From Eledone cirrhosa (lineage: Eukaryota), in NCBI GenBank assembly GCA_964016885.1, contig OZ024763.1, forward strand, positions 22,382,001 through 22,446,000: a stretch of DNA of 64,000 nucleotides, given 5' to 3'. How positions within the stretch are numbered: position 1 is the stretch's first letter; each line of letters starts with the position of its first letter. The translations under genes were made by a program, and so were the position numbers. Positions 1-14,670 of this stretch are shown here, in pieces. Below the pieces are notes generated by a model. It did no database searches. It had not been told where the DNA came from and was given only the letters and a program-made list of their open reading frames with translations.

Positions 1-711
1 GCTTTCACTCCAATTTATTATAAATTTAAAAAATTTATAAATTTCCGGTTGGTTGGTTCCACAACCGGACGGTTGTTCATATATTGTCAGTTCTTTCGTC
101 ACACATTCTGTGACCTCTTCAGTGACTGGGGATTCTTTTCTTTGTTTTGTGCCTCTCCTTTGTTCTGTCCTACGCCATCTTATTTTTGTATGTATGTATA
201 TATATATATACATACATACACATGGTGTGAGGGATATTTGAGGGCATGTTTGGTAAAATATACTGAAAATGCAGTGTCCTCAGATATTCCCCACCGTGCA
301 CCCTGTATATAAATACAGAGAGGGAGATTTGACAGAGAACTGAATGGATGGACGGACACACAAACATGACACAGATTTGGGCAGGTAGATGATATCGAGA
401 GAGACATACACAGCTGCAGAGACAAGAATACACACACACTAACACACATGCAATGACAGAAAGTAACTGGAAAAAGTCAAAATAGCATTACAAGATGACA
501 GAAGAAGATGGATAAGAAGAAGTAAACAGGAGAAGCGGGAGAAGATGGAGAAGGAAACAGAAGAAGAAAAAGAAAAAGGAGACAAGAAGAATAAAGAAGG
601 TGGAGAGGAGCTAAAGCTAAGCCTAAGAGTTTTATCTATGTGAATAAGTGAAGCAGAAATCCTGTGAGATTGTGTGAAACATCCAGCTGATAATTCTAAA
701 ATGGATTACTG

Positions 712-746
<35 letters not shown>

Positions 747-788
747 ACATATACACACATACACACCTGTATATATGCACATACAGAT

Positions 789-849
<61 letters not shown>

Positions 850-965
850 ACACACACACACATTATAAATAATTATATATATATATATATATGTGTATAT
901 ATATATATACACACACATATACACATGTATATCTGCACATACACAGATACACACACACACATAAA

Positions 966-1025
<60 letters not shown>

Positions 1026-1209
1026 TACACAGATACACACACACATATATATATACAACATACACACACACACACTACACTCCTGCAAAAGCCAAACTTT
1101 AGCTGGTCTTGTTTTTAGGTTAAATTTCCAGGGTCAAATATTACATGGATGTTACTGGTTTTGAAATTTAAACTACAATCCAAGATACTGCATCAATAAA
1201 CAAGTCCTG

Positions 1210-2860
1210 TGGTGGTGGTGTTGTTGCTGGTGGTGGTAATGGTGGTAGTAGTAGTGGCGGTTGTGGTGATGGTGGTAGTAGTAGTGTTGGTTGCAGTTGT
1301 GGTGGTGGTGGTGATGGTGGTGGTAGTAGTAGTGTTGGTTGCGGTTGTGGTGATGGTGGTAGTAGTACAGATAGTGGTGATGGAGGTGTTGGTTGTGGTG
1401 TAGGTCATAGTGGAGGTGGTGGTGGTAGTAGTAGTGTTGGTTACGGTTGTGGTGGAGGTGATGGTGGTAGTAGTACAGATAGTGGTGATGGAGGTGTTGG
1501 TTGTGGTGTAGGTCATAGTGGAGGTGGTGGTGGTAGTAGTAGTGTTGGTTACGGTTGTGGTGGAGGTGATGGTGGTAGTAGTACAGATAGTGGTGATGGA
1601 GGTGTTGGTTGTGGTGTAGGTCATAGTGGAGGTGGTGGTGGTAGTAGTAGTGTTGGTTACGGTTGTGGTGGAGGTGATGGTGGTAGTAGTACAGATAGTG
1701 GTGATGGAGGTGTTGGTTGTGGTGTAGGTCATAGTGGAGGTGGTGGTGGTAGTAGTAGTGTTGGTTACGGTTGTGGTGGAGGTGATGGTGGTAGTAGTAC
1801 AGATAGTGGTGATGGAGGTGTTGGTTGTGGTGTAGGTCATAGTGGAGGTGGTGGTGGTAGTAGTAGTGTTGGTTACGGTTGTGGTGGAGGTGATGGTGGT
1901 AGTAGTACAGATAGTGGTGATGGAGGTGTTGGTTGTGGTGTAGGTCATAGTGGCGGTGGTGGTGGTAGTAGTAGTGTTGGTTACGGTTGTGGTGGAGGTG
2001 ATGGTGGTAGTAGTACAGATAGTGGTGATGGAGGTGTTGGTTGTGGTGTAGGTCGTAGTGGAGGTGGTGGTGGTAGTAGTAGTGTTGGTTACGGTTGTGG
2101 TGGAGGTGATGGTGGTAGTAGTACAGATAGTGGTGATGGAGGTGTTGGTGGTGGTAGTAGTAGTAGTGTTGGTTGCGGTTGTGGTGGAGGTCATGGTGGT
2201 AGTAGTACAGATAGTGGTGATGGAGGTGTTGGTTGTGGTGTAGGTTGTAGTGAAGGTGGTGGTGGTGGTAGTAGTGTTGGTTACGGTTGTGGTGGTAGTA
2301 GTACAGATAGTGGTGATGGAGGTGTTGGTTGTGGTGTAGGTTGTAGTGAAGGTTGTGGTGGTGGTAGTAGTGTTGGTTACGGTTGTGGTGGAGGTCATGG
2401 TGGTAGTAGTACAGATAGTGGTGATGGAGGTGTTGGTTGTGGTGTAGGTTGTAGTGAAGGTTGTGGTGGTGGTAGTAGTGTTGGTTATGATGTGGTTATG
2501 GTAATGGTGGTAGTAGTACAGATAGTGGTGATGGAGGTGTTGGTTGTGGTGTAGGTTGTAGTGAAGGTTGTGGTGGTGGTAGTAGTGTTGGTTACGGTTG
2601 TGGTGGAGGTCATGGTGGTAGTAGTACAGATAGTGGTGATGGAGGTGTTGGTTGTGGTGTAGGTTGTAGTGAAGGTGGTGGTGTTGGTTATGATGTGGTT
2701 ATGGTAATGGTGTTGTTGGAAGTAATGATGTTGGTAATGGTGGTGATATTGGTCGAGGTAGTGGTATTGATTGTAGTGAAGATGGTGGTGGTATTGGTGT
2801 TGATTGGTGTGGTAATGTTGGTAGTGGTGGTGGTGTAGGTTGTAGTGAAGGTGGTAGTGG
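1210..2860. repeat. 108-bp minisatellite built from (GTG/GTA)n
   Basis: Marker TACAGATAG recurs every 108 bp. Confidence 0.9.
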
Positions 2861-4367
2861 TACTATATTTCTGTTGGATAGTCATCAACAACAACCCTGC
2901 CAATTCTATTTCCCTGTCTTGATGCTTAAGACATGTCTGACCATAATTCCAATTGATTATTACTTGCTTGTCTCGTATCAATAAGATAAGATCACTGGAA
3001 CAAATCAGATTATTAGAAACAACACATAACGCACACTGTAATACTAATAAGTCAGATTGGCAGAATCGGTAGAGCGTCGGATAAAGTGATATTGTGGCAT
3101 TTGATCTGGCTCTCTACATTCTCAGTTCAAATCCCACTGAGGTAAGCTTTGCTTTTCATCTTTCTGGGGTCAATAAAATAAAATACCAGTAATGCTGGCC
3201 TTGCGCCTAAATTAGAAACCATCAACCCTTTACCAATGGTAAAGGGTTAATGGTTTCTAATTACATTAATCTATATATACTATTGTATTTTTATGGTAAA
3301 GACTTTATCTCACATAATATCGAATCTATGAGATTTTGATATTATTTATTTTGAGAACAATAACTTAACATAAGTATGAGCAGCCAGTTACTGCCGTTTC
3401 GAACAGAAAGAGGTGAGAGAATTCTGGCCGGATACAGTCGGTGAAGCATTGAATAAAATGACATTGTGGTATTTGTTCTGGCTGTTTAGGTTCTGAGCTC
3501 AAATCCCACCGAGGTTAGCTTTGCCTTTCATCTTTCTAGGGTCAATAAAATAAGGTACCAGTAATGTACTGGGGTTGATTCAACAGACCCCCCCCCCTCC
3601 TCCCCCCACTTACTGGCTTTGTGCCTAAATTAGAAACCATTAAGGGTGGTGGATGGGCAGAATTGGTAGAGCGTCGAATGAAATGTTCTGTGGTATTTGT
3701 TCTGGCTCTTTACATTATGAGTTGAAATCTGACCAGAGGCCAACTTTGGGATAGTGGGGAAGGCAATGAAATATCAGGTACCAGATATATACTGGGTGTT
3801 TGTATAATCATACATACATACACACACACAGGCATGTACACATGTACATAAACACAAACAAGTATATATATATATATATATACATAAACAAAGACATACA
3901 CACATACACAAACAAGTATACACACACACATATACAAACAAGTATGCACACATACACAAACAAGTATACACACACACATACACAAACAAGTATACACACA
4001 CACATATACAAACAAGTATACACACACATATACAAACAAGTATACACACACACATACACAAACAAGTATACACACACACATACACAAACAAGTATATACA
4101 TGTATAAACACACATGCAAGCATAAAGACACAGCTACAAGCATATATATATATACACACACAAATACAAGCACATATATTTACATACACACGCCCAAATA
4201 CACACACACACACACTGAATTTACAGGAAGTAAACAGGAAGACATAACTTCATTCTGTTTTTCCTGTTTTGACAACAGGATGGAGGTTTAAGGAGTGGTG
4301 GTCAGGTTTTAGTTGTATTCTAAACAAAACACCTCTCTAAATGTCATTATTGTTCTTGTGGAAGGCC

Positions 4368-4550
4368 AGTGGTTTGGCAGTATCGGTAGAGGGTCGGACG
4401 CCATGCTTTGCAGCACAGTTACGTCCCTTTACGGACTGAGTTCAAATCCCGCCGAGGTTAACTTTGCCTTTCATCCTTACGGGGTCGATAAAATAAAGTA
4501 CCAGTAATACACTGGGATAAATGCTGGCCTTGTGCCAAAAGTAGAAAAAA
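4368..4550 (+). mobile_element. Second tRNA-derived SINE family (representative copy)
   Basis: GGCAGTATCGGTAGAG..GAGTTCAAATCCC..GCCTTTCATCCTTACGGGGTCGATAAAATAAAGTACCAG; more than 12 copies in the window (e.g. ~3058, 3440, 33480, 41990, 47120, 55780, 59760). Confidence 0.85.
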
Positions 4551-4702
4551 TTATTGTTCTGGTGGTTGTTTAGTCATCTCTTTGAGTTTTCAGTGATTTG
4601 AGATCAGCTCTCACCACTTCTTTCTTCTGTCCAGATCTTCCTCCGTCTTCCTCTATTGCAGTTTCCTTCCACTGGAATTTCTTGGTACTTCTTTACCCAG
4701 CC

Positions 4703-4736
<34 letters not shown>

Positions 4737-5369
4737 TCCATGTGCATACCAACACAGTCTTCTCTCTTGCACACTACATCTGATTCCTCTTAACCCTTTA
4801 GCATTTAAACTAGCCATATCCAGTCAGAATTCTCTCACCTCTTTCTGTTCAAACTGGTCGTATCCAGCTGCTCTTACCGACATTAAAGTATTGTTCTCAA
4901 AATAAATAATATCAAAATCTCTGAGTCAATATTATATGAGATAATTATGTGAGGTAAAGCCTTTACCATGAAAATACAATAGTAAATATAGAGTAATGTA
5001 AATGTTAAAGGGTTGAATGGTTTTGTTGTTCTTGTGGTTGTTTAGCCCTAGGTCAGACATCAACCAGCAGACATATCAATTTTGACCATCTGATCTTTTT
5101 TGTCATCTCCACTGTGAATTTTCAGTGATTTGAGATCAGCTCTAACCACTTCTTTCTGCCCAGGTCTTCCTTTATTGCAGTTTCTTAGCACTGAGATTTC
5201 TTGGTACTTCTTCACCCAGCCACCATCATCATCATCCATGTACATCACATGTCCATACCAACAGTCTTCTCTCTTACACACTACATCTGATTCCTATTAA
5301 ACCCAGTTTTATTCTTAGTTAATCCATAATTTTACCATTCTCTCATATTAAGTAACACACTCACACATA

Positions 5370-5662
5370 CTAGATGAGGGCAATGTTGTCTTCTCCCTCT
5401 TCCTGCCACACACACACACACTCTCTCTCTCTAAACAAATGGTGTTCCTTTTCTCTCCCTATCTATGTATATATCTCTCATTTGGTGCTTCCCCTCTCTA
5501 TATAGATGAGGGCAAAGTCAACTTTCTGTCACCCTGAAAACACACGGCAATCCCTTTTCTCTCTATCTCTATGTACATATCTCTTGCTTTGACACTCTCC
5601 CTCTCCATATAAAGTGAGTGTGACAGACGAACAGACAGACAACACTCTTAATATAATATAGA
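5370..5662 (-). mobile_element. Short Helitron-like element
   Basis: Minus strand starts A|TCTATATTATATTAAG..GTCTGTCTG and ends CTAG|T. Confidence 0.55.
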
Positions 5663-7723
5663 TTTACAAGATGCAGAAAATAGATGCAACTGCACTAAAT
5701 TAAATTCTCTAAAATAGCTTATGAAAATCAAGTAAAGACCCCCCCCACCCCCCACCCCCTACAGATATAAAAATGTTGCTAGTGGCCGTTCTGTCTCTAG
5801 GGGGGTCTTTACCCAATTTTTATAAATTTATTTATAGAATTTAATTTAGTTTAATTGCAGTTATTTTTTTAAATTTGAATTTCCTGCATTTTGTATGAAT
5901 TTATTTCCTCCACGTTTAGTAAGTTTGAAATTTCGAGCTTCACACAGGATGTTTGTTTATATATATATATATACATATATACATACAGGGTGTCCCCCAA
6001 AAATGTATTCACACTTTGATTACCTATACAGGCAATATTTATTAGAATGCTGTTGAAGTGTGTATATATTTTTTGGTGTATATATATATATATATTGTGG
6101 TGTTGAGACTGAGACCACTAATTATGTGAGTACTCGATACATGGGGAGATATACAGTGGGTATCTCTCTCTCTGTGGTTGATGGCTGAGTACTCAATACA
6201 GAGGTAGTTTAAATATTCATTTTATTAAGGCTAGATAGTGAGTCTTGTTACTCTGGAGCAACAGGTGAAACTCCAGAGCAACAAGACTCACTATTTAGCC
6301 ATAATAATCTTGCCTCAAGTGGGACAATTCCCGTCTAAACCCATGCTAGCGTGGAAGATAGACGTTAAACGATGATGATGATGATATATACACACACACA
6401 CACACACATGCAGGGCGTATCGAAAAGGCTATATTTTTTTTTAACAAATGACTATATAATCATGTGGTAAATCGTACAATACATGTCTGAATATAAAATG
6501 TTATTTTTTTTTTTATAACTTTTATAAATTTTTATAGAGTTATTTACATATTGAGCATTTGTAAAAGTTGTGAATAAAATCAGACGATTCTCTTTGATAC
6601 ACACACTTTTTCTTTCTCTCTTTATTATTATTATTATATATTAAAAAAGCGCTCAGTCCACATTGTAAAGTTGTCGTGTAGGTGTCATGACAAAAAGCAC
6701 CTAGTCCACATTATAAAGTGGTGTGTAGATGTCACGGCAAAAAGCACCCAGCACACTCTGTAAATGTGGTTGGCGTTAGGAAAGGCATCCAGCAATAGAA
6801 ACCAAACCAAAATCAGTTCTGTGTGAGTGAAACACGGTCCTCCGACCTGATCTCTCACAAAGGGACAGCCTGCCCTATCCATGTTAGTGTGGAAAATGGA
6901 CGTTAAATGATAATGATATTCAAAATTGCAAGAAAGTCAAGGATAAGAAATTATCCTCTATCCATACATCTCTACAAACGTTTCAATATGGCTAAACTAT
7001 CACATCTATTTGCAAAACAACTGGAGATCATTAGTCAACAATTATCTCCATTATGGGTGCTTCATCCCAGCTGTATCTTTTCAGGAAATATTCAGAACAA
7101 AAAATAATGAATACCATAAGACAATTTTGTATTTTAAATGCTCTGCTATGTGAACCACATGTAATAACAGGATATTTTAACTGCCAATATCTTAATCATC
7201 CAGTTTTTACTCCAGAGAGACAGAGGATGATAAAGTGCAGTGAGCTTATCTCATCTTACCAAAGATAATAGTGAAGTACACTATAACCTCTAGCTGTCAA
7301 AACAGCCGGAGCTCAGCTGTTGGGGTCCTGAATCTTTTCATATATGGCCTCAGCCGGATGGCTGAAACAGGTAAAAGAGTAAAAGAGTAATATATCCACA
7401 CCCCACCCACTCCCGTACATCTCCCACGAGGACAGACTGAAGTATACATCCAGTGACGCCTCCACTGTAAAGTGGTTGTGTAGGAGTCACAACAAAAAGC
7501 ACCCACTACTCACTGTAAATGAAGTTGGCATTAGGAAGGGCATCCAGCTGTAGAAACCTAGCTAAAATCAGTTCTGTATGAGCAAGACATGGTCACCTGA
7601 CCTGGCATTGCTCACGAGACCCCCAGCAGACAACTGATGAGGAAAACTTCTCCTGTTCTTCTTATTTTTAAGCATACTTTATCTAGCAACTACACAGCCA
7701 ATTGTCTTCTTCATATATATATA

Positions 7724-8170
7724 TCATCATCATCATCATCATCGTTTAACACTTGCATGTGTTTGGACGGGAATTTTCCCACTTGAGGCAAGATTGGTTG
7801 ACTTGCTCGTATAGGACTGTCTGGCGGGTTTTCTACGGCTGGATGCCTTCCTAACACCAACCACGTTTACAGTGTGGACTGGGAGGTTTTTACCGTGTTA
7901 CCTACACGGCCACATTACAGCATGGACTGTGTGTTTTTTTTGTCGTGACACCTACACGACCTCATTTGTTTCGGGCTGGATGTTGTGGTACCAACATAAC
8001 TTTACATTGAAAGGGGTGGTGTGGATGGGGTGGGGGTAGTGGGGGTATTTTTGTTAGAGATGCCTACTGACTTTCGCTTTGTACTTAGGCAAGGCGGGTC
8101 TTCTGTATTACTGTGTAGTGCCAAAGATCTCAGTCCAGTGACATTGTCTTGGAGGGGTGTAAGTGTGTGA
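7724..8170 (-). mobile_element. 5'-truncated copy of the same RTE LINE
   Basis: Reverse complement aligns to ~37115-37590. Further tail copies at ~9000-9180, 17260-17600, 18855-19060 and 33115-33385. Confidence 0.8.
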
Positions 8171-9747
8171 GTTATATATATATATATGGCTAAAAAGATA
8201 TCACCCAAGTCATATATGTGAAGTAGGGGTATTTGATAAGTTAATGTATTTCTTTCTTAATATTCTCTATTGAAATGGGGGTGTGGGGTGGGGGTGATGG
8301 CTTTATATGTCTGGGTGGGGTCTCTACATGACATCAAATAAGGTTTATGTTTAAAATTAAGGGGAAGTTCTTGATACAGATATATGAACAAATGTGTGTG
8401 TATGTGTATATACAGAGGAGAGAGAGAGTGTGTATGTATGTGATTACTGTGGATATATTGTGTATATGTGTGAAGTAGAGTGTGTGTATGTATATAAGAA
8501 AGGGAGAGAGATAGTGTGTGTGTATATGCATGTGAACAGTGAGTATATTGTGTGTGTGAAGTCACGTGTGTATGTATATAAGGGAGAGAGAGAGAGAGAG
8601 AGTGTATGTGTGTATGTATGTGAACACTGAGTATATTATGTATGTGCGTGAAGTCGTGTGTGTGAGGGTGTATGTTTATATACAACTCCTTATTTGTTAG
8701 GCTGCTACTAACAAACCCATTTATTAGACAGGATCAATTACAGGTACTAAACAACTATTCAGAACTATACTAACACAGCTACCTACCTATATTACCTACC
8801 GTACCAAATTACATATATATACCCTACATATATGTTGACCCCACTATTTTATGGCTGAGAAATAGGCACAAATCCAAACCCTGTTTATAGGCTGAGGCAG
8901 CTAATCAAAACATGTTTAGATGGCACAGTTTTGAGATTTTCATGACTGGAGAATATATTTATGAAGTTTTAATATTCTGATATTAGGTAACGCGGTAAAA
9001 AGTTCCCAGTTCCACACTGTAAATGTGGTTGGTGTTAGGAAGGGCATCCAGCCGTAGAAAACCTGCTAGATAGTCCTATATGAGCGAGACACGGTCACCC
9101 GACCTACCTTGCCTCAAGTGGGACAACTCCCGTCTAACCCATGGAAGATAGACGTTAAACGACGATGATGATGATGAGGATGATTAACCCCTTCATGACT
9201 GCATTTCTAATGAAATACACTTTATTTCAATTAATTAATGAAGAATTTTGAGGGATTTAATCCTTTAGCATTTAAACTGGCCATATCCGGTCAGAATTCT
9301 CTCACCTCTTTCTGCTCAAACCGGCTGTAACTGGCTACTCATACTGATGATAAGTTATTGTTCTCAAAATCTCATAGATTCGATATTATGCGAGATAATT
9401 ATGTGAGGTAAAGCCTTTAACATAAAAATATAATAGTAAATATAGAGTAATGTAAATGCTAAAGGGTTAAACCTGGTGTAATATTCACCTCCAAAGTGAA
9501 AATATTTTAGTAGTACCTTATTTATAGAGAATTTAAAGTTGGTGAAAATTGGCAAAATATTGACCTCCTCAAATATAAGCTGACCCCCATAGAAAAACAA
9601 TGATGATGATGATGATGGGTGGAAGGTTATTGGAAAATTAGCAAAATATTGACTTCCTCAAATATAATCTGACCTCAATAAAAACAATGATGATGAGTGG
9701 AGGGTTATTGTTAATACGGGGGCATATGAAGAAAAAGGAAGACTTAC

Positions 9748-9860
9748 CCTGAGGTTTGTTATTTTCTGTAGGAATCCTATACAAATGACTAAGGTCCTTC
9801 TTAAGCATTTCATCACAGGTGCAGCGAGCAATAATAGGGCTCAGTCCACCTGGACAGTTA
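9748..9860 (-). CDS. PPM1E: PPM1E-like PP2C phosphatase, second coding exon
   Basis: Acceptor TTTTACAG|T completes TAT (Tyr), then NCPGGLSPIIARCTCDEMLKKDLSHLYRIPTENNKPQ + G|GTAAGT. Matches recalled PPM1E [30 protein letters not shown]. Phase fits exon 1. Confidence 0.85.
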
Positions 9861-10137
9861 CTGTAAAATAAAAAAAACACAAATATAACATTTAGTATAC
9901 TAAATAAAGAAAAACAAAATATGTTAACAAATTGTAAATAATAAAATTAATATAAAGAATAGTCTCCTCGTATGTTGAGATGCTATAAAATAGCTTATAA
10001 AATATTTTATTGACCCCCAGAAAGATGAAAGGCAAAGCTAACCTCAGTGGGATTTAAACTCGGAACATAAAGAGCCAGAACAAATAACACAATGTCATTT
10101 TATTCGATGCTCCACCGACTCTGACAATCCAACACCC

Positions 10138-10342
10138 TTAACCCATTAGCATTTAAACCGGCCATATCTAGCCAGAATTCTCTCTTTCTATTCAAACTGG
10201 CCATACCCAGCCCCTCATACTGGTGTTAAGGTATTGTTCTCAAAATAGATAGCATCAAAATTTCATAGATTCGATATTATGTAAGATAAAGCTTTTACCA
10301 TGAAAATCCAATAGCATATAGAGAGTAATGCTAACGGGTTAA
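10138..10342. mobile_element. piggyBac-like MITE
   Basis: TTAA|CCCATTAGCATT...AATGCTAACGGG|TTAA. Relatives at 4790-5016, 9257-9470, ~3240-3440 and ~27476-27635. Confidence 0.75.
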
Positions 10343-10852
10343 AAGATGGAAAAAAAAGTTAACATTGGTTGCTATGAGGAATTGGCCCCCATATCATATA
10401 TATAAATATAAAGAATGATGCTCTCATATGTATGCCAAGATGCTATGAAATAGCTTATAAAATAGGGTGAAGACTCTTAAAAGGGGGAAAAGGAAGTTGC
10501 CATCGGCTGTTATGAGGAATTGAACCCTATATCTTCCAGATACAGACTAGACACTTTAACCATTAAGCTAAAGGACTGTGACAACACTTCCATTGTCTAT
10601 TTTTAACTAGATAACAGGACAATATCTTTCAGATGTGAGCAGACACAGACAAATGTACAAAGCTGAATTCTCGGCTTTTAAGCTGTGAGAATATATATAT
10701 AAAAGGAAAAGAAATTGAAAATACAACTGGCATCTTTTAAGAATATTTATTTACTTTACTGATTTCACAATTCTTATGATTATCAAAAGTGAAATTGTGA
10801 TGGAGGGTTTGTGTTTCTGTTGTGGTGTGTCTCGCATCTATTTCGAACTCCG

Positions 10853-11061
10853 TCAAAGGTGTATGTATAGTACATAGAATAATACACAAATGTCAGGGAA
10901 GTGAATAGTGTATGAGTCATGGTATACATGTGTGTATGTGTATGGAGGGGGAACATTAGCTGTAGTGTTGGCGGATCTCGGGAAGCATGGAGGTTTTAAA
11001 GGATGCAGTGTCTCGACAGCTAACAACTGATGCAGGTAGTTTGTTCCATGCTTCAGCAACT
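10853..11061 (-). mobile_element. CR1-like LINE 3' fragment
   Basis: Highly similar to 50650-50812. Confidence 0.8.
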
Positions 11062-11117
11062 ATATATATTATTCAGAATAATAATAAATGAAGACATTCA
11101 CATAATCAAAATATATG

Positions 11118-11179
11118 TTTTATTATATATATTTCGAAGGTACTGTGCTGTTTTATCAGTACGTCCTCGTCAGATAAAA
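11118..11179 (-). ncRNA. Minimal type I hammerhead ribozyme motif
   Basis: Minus strand: TTTTAT-CTGACGA-GGACGTACTG[loop]CAGTACCTTC-GAAA-T(ATAT)A-TA-ATAAAA; intact core, stems I and II. Confidence 0.8.
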
Positions 11180-11248
11180 TACATGAATTGATGTATGACA
11201 TACCTCAACTGTCTTGATAGTTCAATTCCAGTACTGGCAGTATATTGG

Positions 11249-11308
<60 letters not shown>

Positions 11309-11669
11309 CGATGTGCTCAAGTGCAGAAATTCTATAAAGTAGCTTATAAAATAGGATGAAGACCCTTAAAAGACAGAAAAGTAAGTTGCCATCAGCAGCT
11401 ATGAGGAATGGCAACTTCTTTTTCCATCTTTTAAAGGTCTTCACCCTATTTTATAAGTTACTGTGTAGCATCTCCACACATCATTCTTTATATTAACTTT
11501 ATCTTCTCAGTACTTTATAATATTTTGTATATTAATTAATGAAAAACAAAATATGATGATGAGTTATAAATTATGATAATTTGTAGGATCCTTTGAATAG
11601 AGTGCACTGAGTTTAAAATGTCCAGATATGTCATATGTGTCTACAGTACCCCTCTACGATTTCATCAAT

Positions 11670-11703
<34 letters not shown>

Positions 11704-12049
11704 GGAGGCACATGGCTTAGTGGTTAGAGCATTGGCCTTGCAATCGAAAGGTTGTGAGTTCAATTCTCAGACCGGGTGATGTGTTGTTTCCTTGAGCAAG
11801 ACACTTTATTTCACATTGCTCCAGTTTATTCAGCTGTAGAAATGAGATGATAGGGACTGGGGGCCATATCATTCCACTGCAAAGTGGTCGTGGAGGTGCC
11901 ACGGTAAAAAATCACCCAGCACTCACTGTAAATGAGGTTGGTGTTAGGAAGGGCATCCAGCTGTAGAAATCAAGCCAGAATCAGTTCCCGTCCCACCCTT
12001 GCAAGCAGGAAAAAAAGCGGATGTAAAATGAAATGATGATGATGATGAT
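11704..12049 (+). mobile_element. Full-length tRNA-derived SINE (CORE-like body, RTE-like tail)
   Basis: A box TGGCTTAGTGG, B box GAGTTCAATTC, CCTTGAGCAAGACACTT body, (GAT)n tail. Confidence 0.85.
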
Positions 12050-13431
12050 ACACACACACATGTCTACGGTACCCCTTTACGATTCCATTAATACATATAC
12101 GTATATATATATACATACATATATATATATATATACACACACATACATGTCTACAGTGCCCCCTATGATTCTATCAGAAGGTATACATACACACATACAC
12201 ACCCAGACACATCCATATGTATACATTGGAAGAGGGCCACTAATTATGTAAGGTGTGGAGAGATGGTAACTTTCTGTTGTTAATGAGGCTTTGTGTGGAA
12301 GAGGACGTAAGGAGTTAAAGCTACATGATTTGGGTATCACATGGTGATGGAATGGTGGTGGTGGTGGTGGTGGTGGTAATGACAAAGGTTTTGGTAGTGG
12401 TGTTGGTGATGATGGGGTGGTAGAGGTGGTGGTGGTGGTGATAATGATGATGAGGATAGTGGTGATGATGATGGTAAGGGTAGTGGTGATGATGTTGATG
12501 GTGAGGGTAGTGGTGGGGATGATGTTGATGATGATGGTGAGGGTAGTGGTGGTGATGATGGTGATGATGTTGATGATGATGGTGAGGGTAGTGGTGGTGA
12601 TGATGAGGGTAGAGGTGGTGATGATGTTGATGATGTTGATGATGACGATGAGGATAGTGGTGATGATGATAGCTATGATGATGATGATGAACATTCATGT
12701 TGAGATCCAAGCAGATCAGGCAAGGAAAGAGGAAGGCTGGGGGGGGGGGGGGGGAGGGGGGTCGGAAAGAGGGAGCTGGATTTATTTTAAAAGTTATGAT
12801 TCAGGAATGACAGTATGTGTGTGTGTGTGTGTGTATGAGAGAAAGGGACTGTATGTATGTGTTTGTGTGTGTGAGAAAGAGAGAGAGAGAGAGAGACTGT
12901 ATTTGTGTGTGTATGTGTATAAGGGGGAATGTGTGTAAGAGTCTGTGTGTGTACAAGTAAGAGTGAGGGACTGTGTGTGTGACAGGGAGAGAGAGTGAGT
13001 GTGTGTGTGTGAGAGTGAGGGACTGTGTGTGTAAGAGAATGAGAGAGGAAGAGACTATATGTAAGAAGAGAGAGAGAGTGTGAGTGAGTGTGTGTGTGAG
13101 AGAGAGAGAGAGAGACAGAAAGCAAGAGTGTGTGTATGATAGAGAGTGAATGAGAGTATGTGGGACTGTGTGTGTGTGTGTGAGATAGAAAAAGAAAGAG
13201 ATTTGTGTATGTAGATCTGTGTGAGAGAATATGTGTGACTGTGTGTGTATGTATGTGAGACTGTGTATGTATGTGTGAGAGAATATGTGAGACTGTGTGT
13301 GTATGTATGTGTGAGAATATGTGAGACTGTGTGTGTATGTATGTGTGAGAGAATATGAGACTGTGTGTATGTATGTGTGAGAGAATATGTGAGACTGTGT
13401 GTGTATGTATGTGTGAGAGAATATGTGAGAC

Positions 13432-13462
<31 letters not shown>

Positions 13463-14274
13463 CTGTTGTGTATGTGGCCTATTTCAGCAAATGGGAGAGT
13501 GTTTGTGTGTGTTTGTAGTGTGTCAAGATAGTAGAATATCAAGACTCAGGTTTCCTTCCTTCGATCAAACCAGATCCAACCGGATCAGAATAACTAACAT
13601 CAATATGAGATGAGATGAGATGAGATGAGACGAGACGAAGAATTATGCTAGTTTACAACATTGTGTGTGTGTGTGAATCATGTGTATGCGTGTGAGTCGT
13701 TGTGTGTATGTGTGTAAATTGTGTATGCATGTGAATCATTGTGTGTGTGTGTAAATCATTACTGTAAATTAGTCTTAATTGTAAAAATAATTAGTGTAGA
13801 CTTAGTTTTATTTGTAAAGCATTAATCTAGATTTTCAGCCGGCCCTTGTAACAAATCTTATGTCATGCAAAACCATTGACATTATATAATAATAATTGAG
13901 CAACATCTAATAAAAACAAAACCCTCTCATAAAGGAAACTTGCTTGCTCACTCTGATTAATCAACAAGATCCCAGACCTCATTCGCTTGACGAATGGGGT
14001 GTTTCCAAAGGTCTTTCCATTGCTGATACTATCTACCAGTTACAACTTGTGGCTGAAGGAGCAATGTGAAATAAAGTGTCTTGCTCAAGGACACAACGTA
14101 TCACCCGGTCAGAGAATTGAACTCGTAACCTCGCAATTGCGAATCCGACACTCTAACCACTAAGAGGGAACAGAAGAGGAAAAAGAGAAAAAAAAGCCGA
14201 CCCTTGTATGTAAAGTAACTGTGTGAGGATTCTGAGTAAACCTACCGCTAGTAATGGTGAATGGTGGGTCATGA

Positions 14275-14670
14275 CGACCTGAGGAACAAAGGATGATGTT
14301 CTTCTTTGGGAACCGAAGCATGGGTACTCAAATGTTGGTAGCCCCTCACTGTATTGAAACTACATAAAGCATCTATGTGGGGGTCCTGAGTAAACCCGAG
14401 AAAACCTAGCATGAGTAAATGGCAGACCAAGCAGGTTGGGCAGAACAAGTCATGGAGATCTTGTGTAATAAACATGGCTGGAGAACAAAGAATGAGATGA
14501 TCAATGGCGTTCTTCTTTGGGAACCAAGGCATGGGTAGACAAATGTTGGTAGCCCCTCACCATATTGAACCTACATAAAGCAACTGTGTAGGGGGTTCTG
14601 GGGACACCCGAGAAGACCCACCACAAGTAAATGGCAGACTGAACAGGTTGGAGAGAATGAGATATGGCAA
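14275..14670 (+). mobile_element. Two tandem degenerate RTE-X-like LINE ORF ends
   Basis: VLLWEPKHG....G.P and MAD..GW motifs repeated about 210 bp apart. Confidence 0.55.

Noticed and set aside
1-47. Near-identity with 49847-49893 suggesting a large segmental duplication or LTR pair
   Set aside because: Similarity stops after ~47 bp; best explained as the end of a dispersed repeat cut by the window edge.
1193-2398. 401-aa Thr-rich mucin-like ORF
   Set aside because: It is the translation of a 108-bp (ACC/ACT)-based minisatellite with no signal peptide, splice context or unique domain.
2870-2990. Possible PPM1E exon 3 (REIELAGLLL...)
   Set aside because: Only faint resemblance, with no convincing splice sites or PP2C motif. 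1081-1206 and 6900-7400 were also inspected without finding an in-phase exon.
7633-7650. CTGATGAGGAAAAC as a hammerhead core (also 23454)
   Set aside because: No stem II or flanking stem I pairing; 23454 lies in LINE coding sequence.
11704-11780. tRNA gene
   Set aside because: The A/B boxes belong to SINE heads that continue into SINE body sequence; no complete cloverleaf.
12321-12710. His-rich or Gly/Asp-rich ORFs (also 14664-15020)
   Set aside because: Degenerate (GAT/GGT)n trinucleotide tracts, common throughout the window.
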